From Stegostoma tigrinum (lineage: Eukaryota), in assembly GCF_030684315.1 (NCBI RefSeq), contig NC_081383.1, positions 26,147,942-26,211,941 on the forward strand: DNA of 64,000 nucleotides. Reading direction: 5' to 3'. The notes beneath the pieces are model-generated. The model saw only the letters and a program-made list of their open reading frames with translations, did not search any database and was not told the DNA's origin. Made by a program: the position numbers and the translations under genes. Below, piece after piece: positions 1 through 13,835 of the stretch (positions are counted from its first letter, which is position 1; each line of letters begins with the position of its first letter).

Positions 1-596
1 TTGTTTGTCAATTGTCAAGACCACATACAAAGAACTCTTCACATCTCCTTTACAACTGTTGCCATCATCTCCTTTGTTTGCATTTGCACATTTTAAACAC
101 ATAAACAGCTCCCTTGCTGATAAACAGCCTAAAATTCTATTCATTTTGGTCACGTTGTCATCGTTCCACTTTAGGTTTATAAGAATTCAGCAAAACTACT
201 GAAACGTTCCAAAAGAGTGTGGCTTATAAACCACATCCAAATTGTTCAACAAGTACACTCAATAGAATATTCTCATTTCTCTTACTTAATACTTCGTTCC
301 CACTGGTACTTTTATACTTAGGGCAAAATTTTTGTATAACTTCTCTTGAGTTGTGAATATCATTGTGTGTCAGTGCAGCCCACACTGATCTGAGCATTGA
401 AGTACCCCACAGAGTGTCAATGCCTCCTAAGAATTCAGGCTGTCAAGCAGAACTATATTCCCCAAAACCAGAAGCATACCCAGTAAAATAATAGAAATTT
501 TGATGAAGATGGTTTCTCCCGAGAAACAATGAATGAAACAAGCTTCTTTGAAAATAGCAATGGATGAGGCAATACCATCCACAAAGCAGTACTTAC

Positions 597-689
597 CCAT
601 TGTTAGGGTGCCATTGGTTGCTGTATGCACTGCTTCAATAACATTTTTAGGTGGCAATGCAACAATATGATAGGCTGAGCCAACGAGAC
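597..689 (-). CDS. NDUFA11: NADH:ubiquinone oxidoreductase subunit A11, coding exon 2 (gene continues beyond the left edge)
   Basis: 93-nt exon, ctcttctctag|GT...ATGG|gtaagt, translating (G)LVGSAYHIVALPPKNVIEAVHTATNGTLTM. Phase 1 matches exon 1 and the sequence matches vertebrate NDUFA11 as recalled. Confidence 0.93.
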
Positions 690-1249
690 CTAGAGAAGAG
701 AAAGTACAAGATAATCACATCAAAATTTCACATTCTGTTGAAAATGACTACTATTAATACACTAAATGTTCCCTGCCTTCCTGGACCACAAACAATTCTC
801 AAATGTTATCCACAAGCCTTCTATCTCTTTCAAGAAAGAGACAGATGGAGCTCTTAAAGATAGTGAAATCAAGGATTATGGGGATAAGGCAGGAACAGGA
901 TACTGATTCATTATGATCATGGCTGATCATCCACAATGGTGGTGCTGGCTCAAAAGGCCAAATGGCCTGCTCCAGCACCTATTGTCTATTGTCTAACCTG
1001 AGTTAGAAGATCTAAAATATGATTGCTCTGAAGATTTATCTTTGTTTCAAACTCAAATAATCACATAGCCAAGTGAAAAACCTAACTAAAAAACAAAAGG
1101 TGCATTCCATCCAATCAACACATACACATGTATGAAAGTACAAGAACTCACTAAACGATTCATGTCTTAAACTTAAACAAAAACAAGACAAGGGCATTAA
1201 AACAGAATTGCCTCATCTAGAATGGGAAAATAGGTGAAATGGTAAGATG

Positions 1250-2500
1250 GTTAAAAAAAAAATCAATAGCACACATGCAAGAAGTTTAATAACTCTCAGC
1301 AAAGACGTGTTCCATTGAGAAAACGGCAAACCAAGAAAGTTAAGGACGTTATCAAAAGTACAAAATAGAAAGTTAGCAGTAAGCCAGGGCATCGGGGAAG
1401 CTTCAGAACCAGCAAAAGGATGCCTTTTTAAAAACAAAGAGAGAAATGAGCAAGAATTAGAAAGAGACTGTCATGGTTTCCACGAGTATCTAAAGAGAAA
1501 AGAGTAGCTAAAGTAAACATTGGTCCATTATGAGGAAGAGACTAGGGAATTATGGATGGATTATAAGGAAATTGCAGAGACCTTGGCCTTTGTTTCTGTC
1601 TTCACAATAGAACTTACAAAGCATCTCAAGAATACTAGATAATCAAGGCTTAAAGCAGAGCAGGGAGCTACAATTTATCATAATCATTAGAGAAAATGTA
1701 TGAGGAAACAATGGAAGTTAAAGGCTGACAAGTTCCCAGATCTGATAGCCTACATCCTAAAATGTTAAAACAACAGGCTGCAATCTTCCAAACTCCAAAC
1801 ATTTTGCCATGGCTATTGGAAAACTGGAGTTTGGAAAAGCCAAGATTGGAAAACCACAGCATACATATTCAGAAAGGGTGGAGACAAAAAGCAGCCAACT
1901 ACAGGCTAGTTAGCCTAAGTCTGTCCTTGGCAAAAAAAAGAGAATTCAATATTAAGGAAGCAGTAGCAGGACATTTAGAAAAGCAGTTTACATGTCATGC
2001 ATAGTCAACAAAAAGGAAACTGCGTTTGACTAGTTTATTAGCAAGCAGATGGACAAAGGAGTACTAGCAGATACAGTGTAATCAGATTTCCAAAAGACAC
2101 TCAGAGTACCAAACAAAAGGTTACTACTTAAGCTCATGGTTGGAGGGCTGATGCAGTAACGTGACTAAAGGTTCGGTTAACTAACAGGAAATAAGAATCT
2201 TGATAAAAAGGTAATTTTCCAGTTGGAAAACTGGAAAAACAGGAGGCAGAAAGAATCAGGGCTGGGCCTCAGCTATTTATAATCAAAATCAAAAATTTAG
2301 ATAAAAAGAACCAAATGCATTGTAACATCAACAAATTTAACAACAAGATGGGTTGGAAAGCAAGTGCGGGTAAGATGAGTGTTTGCAAAGGGATACAGAC
2401 AGGCTAAATGACTGGGCAGAAAGCTGGCAGATGGAATTTTGGGGAGCAAAATATAATTTAAATGGTGAGGAACTGCAGAATGCAGTTGAGGGAGGGGTGG
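1250..2500 (+). mobile_element. Highly decayed CR1-type LINE fragment in NDUFA11 intron 1
   Basis: Remnant RT-region peptides such as NYRLVSL and QRDTDRLNDWAESWQMEF, with many stops and frameshifts. Boundaries approximate. Confidence 0.7.
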
Positions 2501-3459
2501 GGGTGGCTAGATGTCTTTGTATATTGGTGTCACATGGAATCAATGACAAGAGTACAGATGAGACGTGAGCTGAAAGATGATTGTCCAGTCTGAGTGAAGC
2601 TGAAACAACAGATAAGCAATCTGACAAATACAATGTCAATTGAGCTGTCAAGAGATTGGAGGAAAGAGCTGGGTGGCATTAACTGACATAAAGAAGCAGG
2701 CCCAGAGTCTAGAGATGATGTTGCTAGGAGTCACCATGTAGGTGACAAATTGGGGAGGGCAGGGGCAAATGTTGAGAGCCTAACAGTGCAGAGACAGGAA
2801 GAAAAGCTATTGCAAGAAATCATCTGTCTAGTGGGAAGAGACAAAAGGGAAACCAAGAGAATCTCATCTGATCAGGCTGGAGAAGAATAACATGATGAAG
2901 CATGTCAAAGGCTTCTGAGAGATAAACAGTTAATACACATGGGTCAAGGCAAACATCACTTCCAAATGCCAAGATTATTAGTGGGCACCAGTCCTGATTT
3001 TTGCATTAAAGGCAGATAGAGCAAAAGAGGTCCATGCTCTGATGTACAGGACAAAATGAAGTTGAAAGAAAACATACATGGCTTCAGAAAAACTGTATAC
3101 CTAAGTTACATGAGACTAGAGGTGGGTTTTATTCACTATCACAGATGAGCCAGATTCATCCCTGAGAATATGCTCATAAAATCTAAAATGGGAAACCATC
3201 TTGTTCTAAAGCAGTTACAAGCATCTGAAGTACCAGCCGCTCTAAAAGTGTGTCATAACACATCTGTGCAGATTGATTAAAAAGATATAAATGTCCCGTT
3301 ACAAATTACTGTTCAATCAGCTGCCAGCATCTTTTCAAGCTGGGCCCGCCAGGCCACCCCGAGCTGAGCTTGTACATGAAATAAAATGTTCAGTGCCTCC
3401 TGCCCAGTACCACCACTTTGTAAAGGTTAAAGTTTCAAATGGAGCTCTTCCCTTCCCCC

Positions 3460-3840
3460 TCCGTACTACTCCCGTTTCCACCGCCTGAGCTCAACACTCA
3501 CCGAGGCCGGCCCCAGCCTGTGTAGCGGCCCAGGTTTTGGTGGGACAGTGCTCTCCATCTGCCGAGTCCCAGTAACCCATAGCCGAGCCGAGCGCCTCAA
3601 GGACACGGTCACTGGGGAAACCAGACAGATATCGCGAGAAGACGGCGTCCGGCGAGAATCACGTGATCGACGGCGCGCATGAGCAGTGATGTCGCCCTCA
3701 GTCGACCCTGGCGATACTCTGGCGTTGGAGTCTGGCTGCTGTGCACCAAAATGGTCCAACTTCGAGGCCAACCTTGAGGGGTGGACTGAGGTGGATTAGA
3801 TGCGCCTTAAAGTTGGGGCTCGCAGAGTTTCGGATGGGCT
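3460..3840 (-). promoter_or_regulatory. CpG-island promoter of NDUFA11
   Basis: CpG-rich segment with TATCGCGAGA (BANP/ZBTB33-type motif, 3630-3639), E-box TCACGTGA (3659-3666) and NRF1-like GCGCATGAGC (3675-3684). Confidence 0.7.
3502..3580 (-). CDS. NDUFA11: NDUFA11 coding exon 1
   Basis: ATG at 3580 gives MGYWDSADGEHCPTKTWAATQAGAGL, then G|gtgagt. Typical fish NDUFA11 N-terminus (MGYWD..G..C..KTW), inside a CpG-rich island. Confidence 0.93.
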
Positions 3841-3989
3841 GAGGTTCAGGGTGGGAGATCAAAAACAGAAAATGCTGGAGAAACTGAGCAGGGTCTAAAG
3901 CAGTATCCTGAAGGTCACTGGACCCGAAACGTTAACTCTTAATTTTTTTCTTCACAGTTGCTTTCAGACCTCCTGAACTTTTCCAGCGC

Positions 3990-4715
3990 TTGCCCCCACA
4001 CCACCTCCCTCACCCTCATCCCAGGCCCCAAGATGACTTTCCACATCAAGCAGTGTTCACGTGCACATCCGCCAAAGTGGTATACTGCATCCGCTGTAGA
4101 CGGTGTCGCTCACTCTACGTTGGGGACCGCTTTGCAGAACACCTCCGCTCGGTTCGCAATAAACAACTACACCTCCCAATCGCGAACCATTTTTACTCCC
4201 CCTCCCATTCCTTACACGACATGTCCATCCTGGGCCTCCTGCAGTGCCATAATGATGCCACCCATAGGTTGCAGGAACAGCAACTCATATTCCGCTTGGG
4301 AACCCTGCAGCCCAATGGTATCAATGTGGACTTCACAAGCTTCAAAATCTCCCCTCCCCCCACTGCATCCCAAAACAAAACCAGCTCGTCCCTGCCTCCC
4401 TAACCTGTTCTTCCTTACGCCTATCCCCCTCTCCCACCTCAAGCCACACTTCCATTTCCTACCTACTAACCTCATCCCGCCCCCTTGACCTGTCCATCCT
4501 CCCTGGACTGACCTCTCCCCACCTATACGCTCCTCTCCACCTATCTTCTCCTCTATCAATCTTCGGTCTGCCTTCCCCTCTCTCCCTATTTATTTCAGAA
4601 CCCTCTCCCCATCCCCCTTTTCTGATGAAGGGTCTAGGCCTGAAACATCAGTATTTGTGCTCGTAAGATACTGCTTGGCCTGCTGTGTTCATTCAGCTCC
4701 ACACTTCGTTATCTC
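3990..4715 (+). mobile_element. Penelope-like retroelement 3' fragment (GIY-YIG endonuclease remnant plus terminal repeat with hammerhead motif)
   Basis: ORF 3990-4403 contains VVYCIRCRRCRSLYVG..RFAEHLRSV..LPIANHF..LGTLQPNGIN, followed by a pyrimidine-rich tract and CTGATGA-GGGtctagGCCT-GAAA at 4622-4645. Confidence 0.85.
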
Positions 4716-7700
4716 ATTTTCCAGCAACTTCTGTTTTTGTTTCTAAGCAGCATCTGTTGAGAAAGGTGCAGAGTTTGTGTGTCGAGGCCTTTCTTTCTTC
4801 ATAGATGCTGCCAGACCTGCTGAGTTTCACCAGTATTCTCTGGTTTTATTTTGTTTTAGTTCAGATTTCCAGCAGCTCGCTATTCTGCTTTTCTGTCAGT
4901 GTGGGAAACATTGAGTAGTAGGGTATTACAATGTGGATCGGCTATACTAAATTGCCTGTCGTGTAGTGTTCAGGGATGTGTAGATTAGGCAAGGCTGGAG
5001 GTAATACAGGCATTACAGCATTCGAGAGGGTTAAAAAAAAACACCTGTAACAAAAGTTATACTTTGACGTGAACATACGGAGCTCCATTTTTGAAATATC
5101 AACGAGTCAGACCAGTATGTGTTGCTTGCAAGATTTACTTTCCATATTTCTATCTGGGTAACAGGTGGATTGGGACAGGACACGGACAGGTACGTTTGCA
5201 ACGAGGTGGTAGGTAGTCTTGGGTAAAGGGTCACATCTCAGCTCAGGATTAAATGGGTTGGTGAGTTCGCAAGTAGTATTGTTCAGCCTCAAAGTGTACT
5301 CATGGCAGAGATGGAGTTAGTGCATTGGGATTGGGAATGCCTTTACTGTTAACTGGGGACGAAATTTCTACTCCAGATGAACAGTGACAAATGAAAGGTA
5401 CTGCAGCAGTCCGACGGTGGTGGTGATGAGGTCTGAGTGTCAGAAGCATACACGTAAATAAATAAATGTATTATGAGATAATGTCACTGAGGGACACCAT
5501 TGACACAAGATATAGAAACAGAAATCACAATTGGCTGCTGATGTCCCAATGCCTCATTTAAAACTGTATAAGAGCAGTTACTTTGTTGTGTTGTTTGTTG
5601 ACCTTTATTCAGAGGCAGAGGAGTGTGCATCAGCCCCCAGTTTAGAGTTCAAGTGGGAAATAACTCTAATCACAGTTATTTTCGGGTCTTCAAAAGAGAA
5701 CCATGCTCTGGCTGGAGCCATCTGTAAGTGACAGTTGGTGGTTAGAGAATTCAGTTCACAGACAGATTAGTATTTTTCACACAAGTACAGGGAATAAAAT
5801 ACCTAATGTATTTCAACTCACTAGTTACAACTGTAATGAGTGATGTAACATTCCTGAACAGCAATCAGTTCAGTTTGAAGTTATAAATGTGGTCAGAGGT
5901 AATCAAATTATCTATTTTTTATTTTACATATTACAGATACTGATTTCACTGTGTAAACTTTTGTTTATTTGTATCTATTGCAAATAAAACTATTTGATCA
6001 TTTTGTAAGAGTGTCTATCAAATTTGAATTCTGCAAATAGAAGATAATTTGTAATATAGAATACAATATGCTCCAAGAATAGGGGAATGAAGCAAGTGTT
6101 CTTTGTTCCAGTCCCAAAGCTGTGCTTATTATTCATTTAGATATTGGGCAGAAAAAAATGTCCAGATTACAGGGGACAGATCTGTTTGCAGAGATAACTA
6201 ATAATTCAGATGTCTGATGTACAAACTCCAGAATTGTGACAGTAAGGAAGTGCAACCACAAATTTTCACATAATGAAATTTCTAACACTGAATGACTTGA
6301 ATAAGAAGTTCATTTGTTTTTGCAGATGTTGGTTGGTGGTGAGGGAGATTTTAGCTAATACGCTGATAAAATTCCATAGTTGTTTCGAACAGTGTTACAG
6401 AATTTTTCTATATCCATCCGGAAATGCAAGCAAAGCTGGTATATAATTATGAAGCAATCCATTCTCAACCCATCTTGAGATTTTGCATAGGTTGCATTTT
6501 TTTTGTGATATTATCATTTTATACACCTGAAATACTGTCTTCTCACTTTTAAGGTTACGGAATGGTAAATCTATCAAGTCTTCAAATTTGGAAGATACCA
6601 TATGAGTCAACTCAATTTTCAGCATTTTAACACCAAAAACTTGCATGTAAAAGAGCTTACATTAGCCAGTCCTTATTTTATTAAGAGGCACACTAGCCCA
6701 AACCTATCACATCATAAAATTGAAACTTTCTCTACTTGCAAAACATCACGTTCAAAGCCACTCGCAGCTATGCACAATTACCACCGTTATAATTAAACTC
6801 ATACCACTGTATGATTAATCATGGAAAATTATAATCATAACTTGTCTCTTAAATATATCTTAGTCTTAGCAGATTTATTTAATTGTGGACATAAGTACAG
6901 AGCAATGTTCAATATCCAGAATTGTAATACAGTTAGCAAGGTTAGCTTACAGTTTACATTCAAAATAACACAGAAAAATCTAGACTACTTCCAAAATTAA
7001 AACATAAATAAACATAAAACTTCTTCCCTTAATAGGTACGTGCATGTAGCTTTGGTGCCTGACTGGTGCTGAAAAGCTAGTTTCTTTGGCTGTTGACACC
7101 ATCCACACTGTTGTCTTCTTTAATTATCATCATCTTGTTCACTCTTAAGTAACAAAACATTTACTTCATCTATTTATGCCAAATACTACTGCTTTCCTTT
7201 ATTTCAGTTTGGAGATAAACATTAGTGCTAAAACAATCTGCTTTTGAGTTTACTGTATTTCAACTGAATTCAATTAAATTTTCAACATGCACTCCATCTT
7301 TCAGAAATGCATTTTAAAAACATTCATTTTCTAGCTTTTCTGGAATTGTACTTAAATATTTTTATCCCTACTTTCTAATTTTGTCTGGCCTCTATGGGGG
7401 TTAATTTGATTTACTCCAATCAGGGATTGTAATGAACCCAAACTCAATAAATGGAATGCAAATATAATATGTTGTGCCGCATGCTCATTGTAAGCAATAA
7501 CCCCATTACATTTGTAGTCTAGCACTACTTAAAGCTGGCCTGTATTCCTTACAACTCGTCTGCACCTGTTGAAGGTGCATTGTGGATACCAAGATCATAG
7601 AACAGTACGCAATGCAGTAATCAAAAATAACAAAGCATTGTTTTCACATGGTCTGCTCGAGGTCTTTGTCAAGAGATTAAACAGCACACAAATGTCCAGT

Positions 7701-8269
7701 TTTTCTGAAGAAAGGTCTCGAAATGAAACCTCAGCTTTCCTTCTCCTCTGATGCTGCTTGGCCTGCCGTGTTCATCCAGCTCTACACCTTGTTATCTATA
7801 AATGTCCAGTGCTGTTGGGGCATACTCAGAAAGTAATGGCAAGAAATAGTAAGCACACCTCAAGCAATGCGTTCAGGAACAGATTTGCTCCCTCAAGACA
7901 GTCTACAGATCAGCCTTTAATTTTGTTGATATTGCTAATCTCTGCATTTGAATTTGTTTGAGACTGAGATGTTGTAGCTGTGGTGCCATCCAAATGGAGA
8001 TTTTGTCCATAATAAAATTATCTTCATTCAATAGTGTGTTGGAAAATCATAGAATCCCTACAGTGCAGAAAGAGGCCATCGGCCCATCATGTCTACAGCA
8101 ATGCTGTGAAGAGCATCCCACCCAAACTCAGCCCCTTACTCTGTCATGCCTTGGCTTCAATGAAGATAAACCAATTGTGTTCTTAGAACTGCACTATTGC
8201 TATAGTTAAGGCTGTTAACTTTCATCAGATTGGGTTTCATCATCTTTTTCAGCTAATTCAATTAATCAC

Positions 8270-9200
8270 AGTCATACAGCACAGAAACTGGCCATTCGGC
8301 CCAATGCATCTATGCTGACCAGATTTCCTAAACTGATCCAGTCCCATTTGCCTGTGCTTAGCCCGTATCTCTAAATCTTTCCTATCTATGTACCTGTACA
8401 AATGTCTTGTAAATGTTGATTGTACCCACCTCTATCACTTCTGCTGGCAGCCCATTCCATATATGCATCACCCTCTGTGTGAAAAAGTTGCCCCTCATTT
8501 CCCTTTTACATCTTTATCCTCTCACCTTGAAAATGTGTCCTCTAGATTTGGATCCCCTACCCTGGAGAAAAGACCTTGGCCATTGACCTTATCTATGCCC
8601 TTCATGATTTAGGGGCTTTATTCTGTTCCTTTACTCTTTTGCTGTTAGCACATTTGTAGAATCTCTTTAGATTGACCTTTACCTTGCCTGTCAAAACTAT
8701 GTCCCCTTTTTGCCCTCCTGATTTCCTTGTTAAGTGTACTCTTGCACTGTCTATAGTCCTGAAGAGATTCTCTTGATCCCAGCTGCCTATACTTTATATA
8801 TGCCTCCTTTTTTTTTGACTAAAGTCTTAATCTTTCTAATCATCCAGTGCCCCTTTCTTCTGCCACAGCCTTGCTCCTCAGACTAGCAGGAACATGTTGG
8901 CCCTGAGCTCTCCTTATCTTGCTTTTGAGAGCCCACCACATGCCAGACATCTTACCTAAAGACAGTCTTCCCCAAATGACTTTTGAAAGTTCCTCTCCAA
9001 TACCATCAAAATTGGCCTTGCCCTAATCTAGAACTTCCAATTTGTGGACCAGACCTGTCCCTTTCCATAACTACCTTAAAACTAATAGAAGTATGGTCAC
9101 TGGTCCCAAATTGCTCCCTCACTAACACCTCAGTCACTTGCCCTCCCTTATTTCTAAAGAGGAGGTCAAGGTTTGCCCCTTCTCTGGTAGGGCCATGAGC
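8270..9200 (-). mobile_element. CR1 LINE fragments (3' end and endonuclease-region remnant)
   Basis: Reverse-strand CR1 3' end at 8270-8610; PTREGANLDLLFRN..EQFGTSDHTSISF endonuclease motif at about 9000-9200. Confidence 0.75.
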
Positions 9201-11767
9201 AGAAAACCTGCACTGTTTCATAAGAGCATTATTTACAATCCCTTTTGGGGTGCAGTATGACAGGGAGATGAAGCACAGGCAGTGCAGAGAAGAAGCAAAG
9301 CAGTGAAGGAGGAAAAGGAAAGCTCTCAATAGAAGGCTGTGTCCACCAAGGATCCTCAAGGAGAATTTCTCCTACCTTTACCTTAGCTAGAAGCTGTATC
9401 AAGGGTTTCTGTGATTCAGCACAGCAGTGTTTGTTGAACTGTGCCACCTCCTTCAATCAGACCTACAGTGATAGAACAGGGCAAAGATAAAACTGGAGAT
9501 CACTGGCTCCAAAATGTCTAAAACTTGGGATCCTTCTGGGCTCGAATTGACAACATTGCCAATATCTCTCAATTCATTCTAAGTCACAGAAAGGCCAGGA
9601 GAGGAGACTTTACAGTCTTTTGGCAAACTAGAGAAAAGTAGGAGAAGTGGTCATGTGGCTTTCCCAGGGTGTTGAGATTCCCACTGGTGTGAGGTGCTTC
9701 AGACTCTCCTCTTTGACTGTCATATAATTCAGGCCAGCCAGCCTGGACCTGTCATAGTAATATCAGAGCAAGTCAGTATTCACATTATCAAAACAGTACT
9801 CTGGTCTATTCTTTCAATGTCTAGCTGTCAGGAAAAGTTCTGATATTGCAGTACAGTAGATCAATGTCAAGTTCTGTGTTTTTGTCAGTTTCATGACCGC
9901 AGTGTTAAAAGTAACCTACTGCCCATGGTGTATTGGCCTGACTGTTTGAAGGCTGGCAATATTTAGGTCACCTTTTAAGGTCTTTTTGCTAGAAATGACT
10001 TATCAGTTATCCTTCTGAATGCTTCTGAATGATCCCACAGATATCCAACAATTGATCAGAATCAAGTTTACACTTGAAACTGCCTACGTCCCAATGTCTT
10101 GTTGTTTTACCAGTCACCCATTGTAACAATGTAACAAGCCTGAAGAAAGGTAATACCCGAAATGTTGACTCCTCCTTTCCTCCAGATGCTGCCTGGCTTG
10201 CTGTGTTCTTCTAGCCTCCTGTTTATCTACGTTATGCTTTCCAGTTTGCCTGCAAAAAAAGGGCTGAAACTTGTACAGGATTGGATTTAAAGGAAAGTAT
10301 TTTAAATCAAATCATTCTCACCTCCTTGTCTGTTATTTTGTTATCCAATGATAAGCACAATATGAAAGTATCACCATTAAGAACAACAATCTTTGAATGT
10401 CTTACACTAGATACTATTGAAGCTTGAGTTTGAGGGTCCCCATTGAAATTAATTAGAACCTTCAGTAATGAAGTAATTTGGTTGTACATCAGCTGGGTTG
10501 AGGCTCTTAGCAGCATAACTGTTTTTTGCTAATCCTCCACACTTTCTTAGCATGTACTTTCTGACCAATAATACAACTATACAGTTAGGACAAATCTTTA
10601 GGCACGTCTCTTCACCATAACTATAGAGTGATAGAACACACAGGCACAAGAGAGAACAGAGTAGCGAGAGAAAATGATGCAGAAAATCCATCAATAAGTT
10701 AGGTAATGTAGAATGGGAGTGACATGTGAAGAAACTTAGCTCTTGCTTTTTAGAAGACCTATAATTATTTTCTTACTTCATTTGTATAGCTGTATAGTAT
10801 GTGCACAAATGAAAACATGTTTTCACAATAGTCAGTTTTCATGAAACTGCTCCGTTAAGCAACTGTTGGGATTTAAATAGCTGTCATACGTGTATATAAA
10901 TGTTGTAATATGTAGCTCAGGTTGTACTCACTAAAGCAGTATTGAGGGAGTACTGCATTGTTGTAGCTGCTGCTATCCCATGAGATGTTATTCAAATTTG
11001 CCTCTGCTGACTTGGCTGATTCACGTGAAAATAAAAGATGCTATCACATTATCTGAAGAGGTGTGATTCATTTCCCTGGTATCTTCCTCAACCAAAATCA
11101 TAAATACTGTCATTCACCTCATCGTTGCTTGTGAAATCTTGCTTAGAGAAGAATGCTACAATATAATAGCAATTACTGCACCTGAATGTGAAACATGTGA
11201 AATTTTTTGAGAGATGTGTCAACATCTCAGGCAATAGCTAGGCTTTTTGGTGCTTTTGATTGTGTTTTTGTTTAACCTAGTTGTGGCAGGCAATATTTAA
11301 GCACAAGCATTTAAATCAATCTCTCTTATCCCAGTGTTGGAATCATACCTCCACTTCCTCTGTTGTGAGTACTTATGAATAATAGACCTTTATTTAACAT
11401 TTTTGTTAAAAAGTGCAAAATTTAAAACTACTTCCTTAATTATCTACTTGATTTTAAATTGAATATTCATCCAGAATGTATCCACCAGGTTATTTCTTGA
11501 AATGGCTGCTGGAATTCTAATGATATATGAGGCACTGTGAGAAAACTCACCATTTTCTTTATTCTCAGAGAGCTATTATGGACAGTGCCTCAGCAGGGCA
11601 TACCTGCATCCCAAATATTTAATGGCTATTTACATATGAAATTGGGAGAGGTTCTTAATACTCACTGCCTCATCAGCCATCTCCATCTTCAACCTTGGCA
11701 ATATTTAGCTGCAATATTTCATACCTTGTTAGAGTAACATTGGTGTGTGTGTGTGTGTGTGCTGAAT

Positions 11768-12517
11768 CTACAGAATCAGACACATCCGTGAAGTCTGTGC
11801 ACGTACTTTGGGACGCTTCTTCCTGTTTTCATTCAGCCTGGCTTTTGCAGGACAATTGTTTATCATGGCAGGACCCTCTGAATAGCGCCTCTTCTGGCTC
11901 CGGTGGTGAAGGATACGGTAAATCCCAGTGATGGGACTGTGACAGTCCCAATGAGGATTATTGCAGATGTGCTCCTCCGTGATTCCCAGGTGCCTCAATG
12001 CATTCTTCACCTCCTTTTCCTCTTCGCTTAGAGAGAGAGAACTGGCTAGGTGTGCCGGATTCAAGTGGAATGGTTGGTATGGCTCAGGACATTCCATTCC
12101 CTTCAGCCATGGACTGTCCAGGATGTTGGCCAGGGTGAAGCGGTTTATTGGATTGGTTTGAAGAATTCCATGAATTAGTTTCTGGCAGGGATCTGATACA
12201 TAGGCTGGAATTGTGTACGACCCGAGTAAAATGCACTTTTTCAGCTTCCTGACGGTTTCCGCATGGAAAGGCAAGGTTGCCGTCACCATGAAGTACAGTA
12301 GGATGCCCAGAGCCCAGATGTCCACGTGAATTCCAAAGTAGCTATTTTCTTTAAAGAGTTCTGGCGCTGCATATGGAGGAGAGCCGCACGAAGTGTTTAA
12401 GAGTTCCGACAAAGGACACACAGCACTGAAGCCAAAGTCACCCAACTTCACACAATTAGCAGCTGAGTACAGCACATTTTCTGCTTTGAGATCCCGATGG
12501 ATCACATTGTTGTCATG
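11768..12517 (-). CDS. NIM1K: NIM1-type serine/threonine kinase, last coding exon
   Basis: ttttcag|CAT acceptor; [23 protein letters not shown] and DIWALG motifs; ends CLIL-stop. 750 nt. Confidence 0.9.
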   Translation of the reverse strand, partial: HDNNVIHRDLKAENVLYSAANCVKLGDFGFSAVCPLSELLNTSCGSPPYAAPELFKENSYFGIHVDIWALGILLYFMVTATLPFHAETVRKLKKCILLGSYTIPAYVSDPCQKLIHGILQTNPINRFTLANILDSPWLKGMECPEPYQPFHLNPAHLASSLSLSEEEKEVKNALRHLGITEEHICNNPHWDCHSPITGIYRILHHRSQKRRYSEGPAMINNCPAKARLNENRKKRPKVRAQTSRMCLIL

Positions 12518-13150
12518 CTGAAAAGGAAAATGCAAAGTTACGCAAATCTGAATTGGGGAAGGAATAGATGAGAAAAGTGAGAAGTTGACAGGTTATAAGA
12601 AACGTAGTAGGAGCACCAGAGCTATCACCAGCTCCAACTGCATCACTCCATTCCAATAATGACTTCTCCCCAGAGCATAGCCAAGATTAACATTTCTGTC
12701 TGTGGGCTGGATTTTCCAACAAGTTTCAGGGCTCTGATGCTCAGACCAAATTGGGATGCTCTAGCCTACATGTACCACTAATGAGACTGGCTAAGCAGTT
12801 CTCTGGGAGTTAGAATTCTACATGATTCTTTAGGCCTTCCTTATCCGAATAACTTTATCTGAGTAAAGTAGGTAATTCTTCTACAGCTCCCGGAGTGCCA
12901 GAAACAAATGGATTGAATTCAACAATACACTGACTATTTGGTAATCTTCTCTTCAGTTTCTGTTAAATCTACCCAGTCTTTTCTGATGGGTCTGCACTGT
13001 GGATTTCTTTCCTACACTGCATTCCTTTCCTGCATCCTGGATTCCTTTTTTGCAAGCAAGTTCTTTCTGGCACTGTGGATTCCGTTAGTCAAGCACAGTT
13101 GTAGGCATTTAGAAGATGAGGAGGATAAAAACCAACAGTGATTATATACT

Positions 13151-13835
13151 TGAGATAACAGAGTGTAGAGCTGGATGAACACAGCAGGCCAAGCAGCATC
13201 AGAGGAGCAGGAAAGCTGACGTTTCGGGTTGAGACTCTTCTTCAGAAATGGGGGAGGGGAAGGAGATTCTGAAATAAATAGGGAGAGAAGGGGAGGTGGA
13301 TAGAAGATGGATAAAAGAGAAGATAAGTGGAGAGGAGACAAACAGGTCAAAGAGATGGAGGTGGAGCCAGTGAAGGTGAGTGTAGGTGGGGAGTTAGGGA
13401 GGGGATAGGTTGGTCCAGGGAGGACGGACAGGTCAAGGAGGCGAGATGAGGTTAGTGGGTAGGAGATGGGGGTGAATTTGAGGTGGGAGGAATGGTTAGG
13501 GAGGCAGGGACGAGTTGGGCTGGTTTTGGGATGCGGTCAGGGGAGGGGAGATTTTGAAGCTTGTGAAGTCCACATTGATACCCTTGGGCTGCAGGGTTCC
13601 CAAGCAAAATATGCGATGCTGTTCCTGCAGCTTTCGGATGGCATCATTGTGGCAATGCAGGAGGCGCATGATGGATATGTCATCCAAGGAGTGGGAGGGG
13701 GAGTTGAAATAGTTTGTGATTGGGAGGTGTAGTTGTTTGTTGAGAACCGAGCGTAGGCATTCTGCAAGGTGGTCCCCAAGCCTCCGCTTGGTTTCCCCAA
13801 TGTAGAGGAGGCCACAACAGGCACAGCGGATACCC
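13151..13835 (-). mobile_element. Penelope-like retroelement 3' fragment in a NIM1K intron
   Basis: IRCACCGLLYIGETKRRLGDHLAECLRSV..LGTLQPKGIN GIY-YIG remnant; closely similar to 3990-4715; hammerhead-like motif at 13216-13245. Confidence 0.85.

Noticed and set aside
3466-3771. 101-aa minus-strand ORF over the CpG island
   Set aside because: Alternative frame in GC-rich DNA; the real coding frame is NDUFA11 exon 1 starting at 3580.
5107-5292. 61-aa minus-strand ORF with several Cys
   Set aside because: No ATG start, bounded by stops, and no recognisable family or splice partners.
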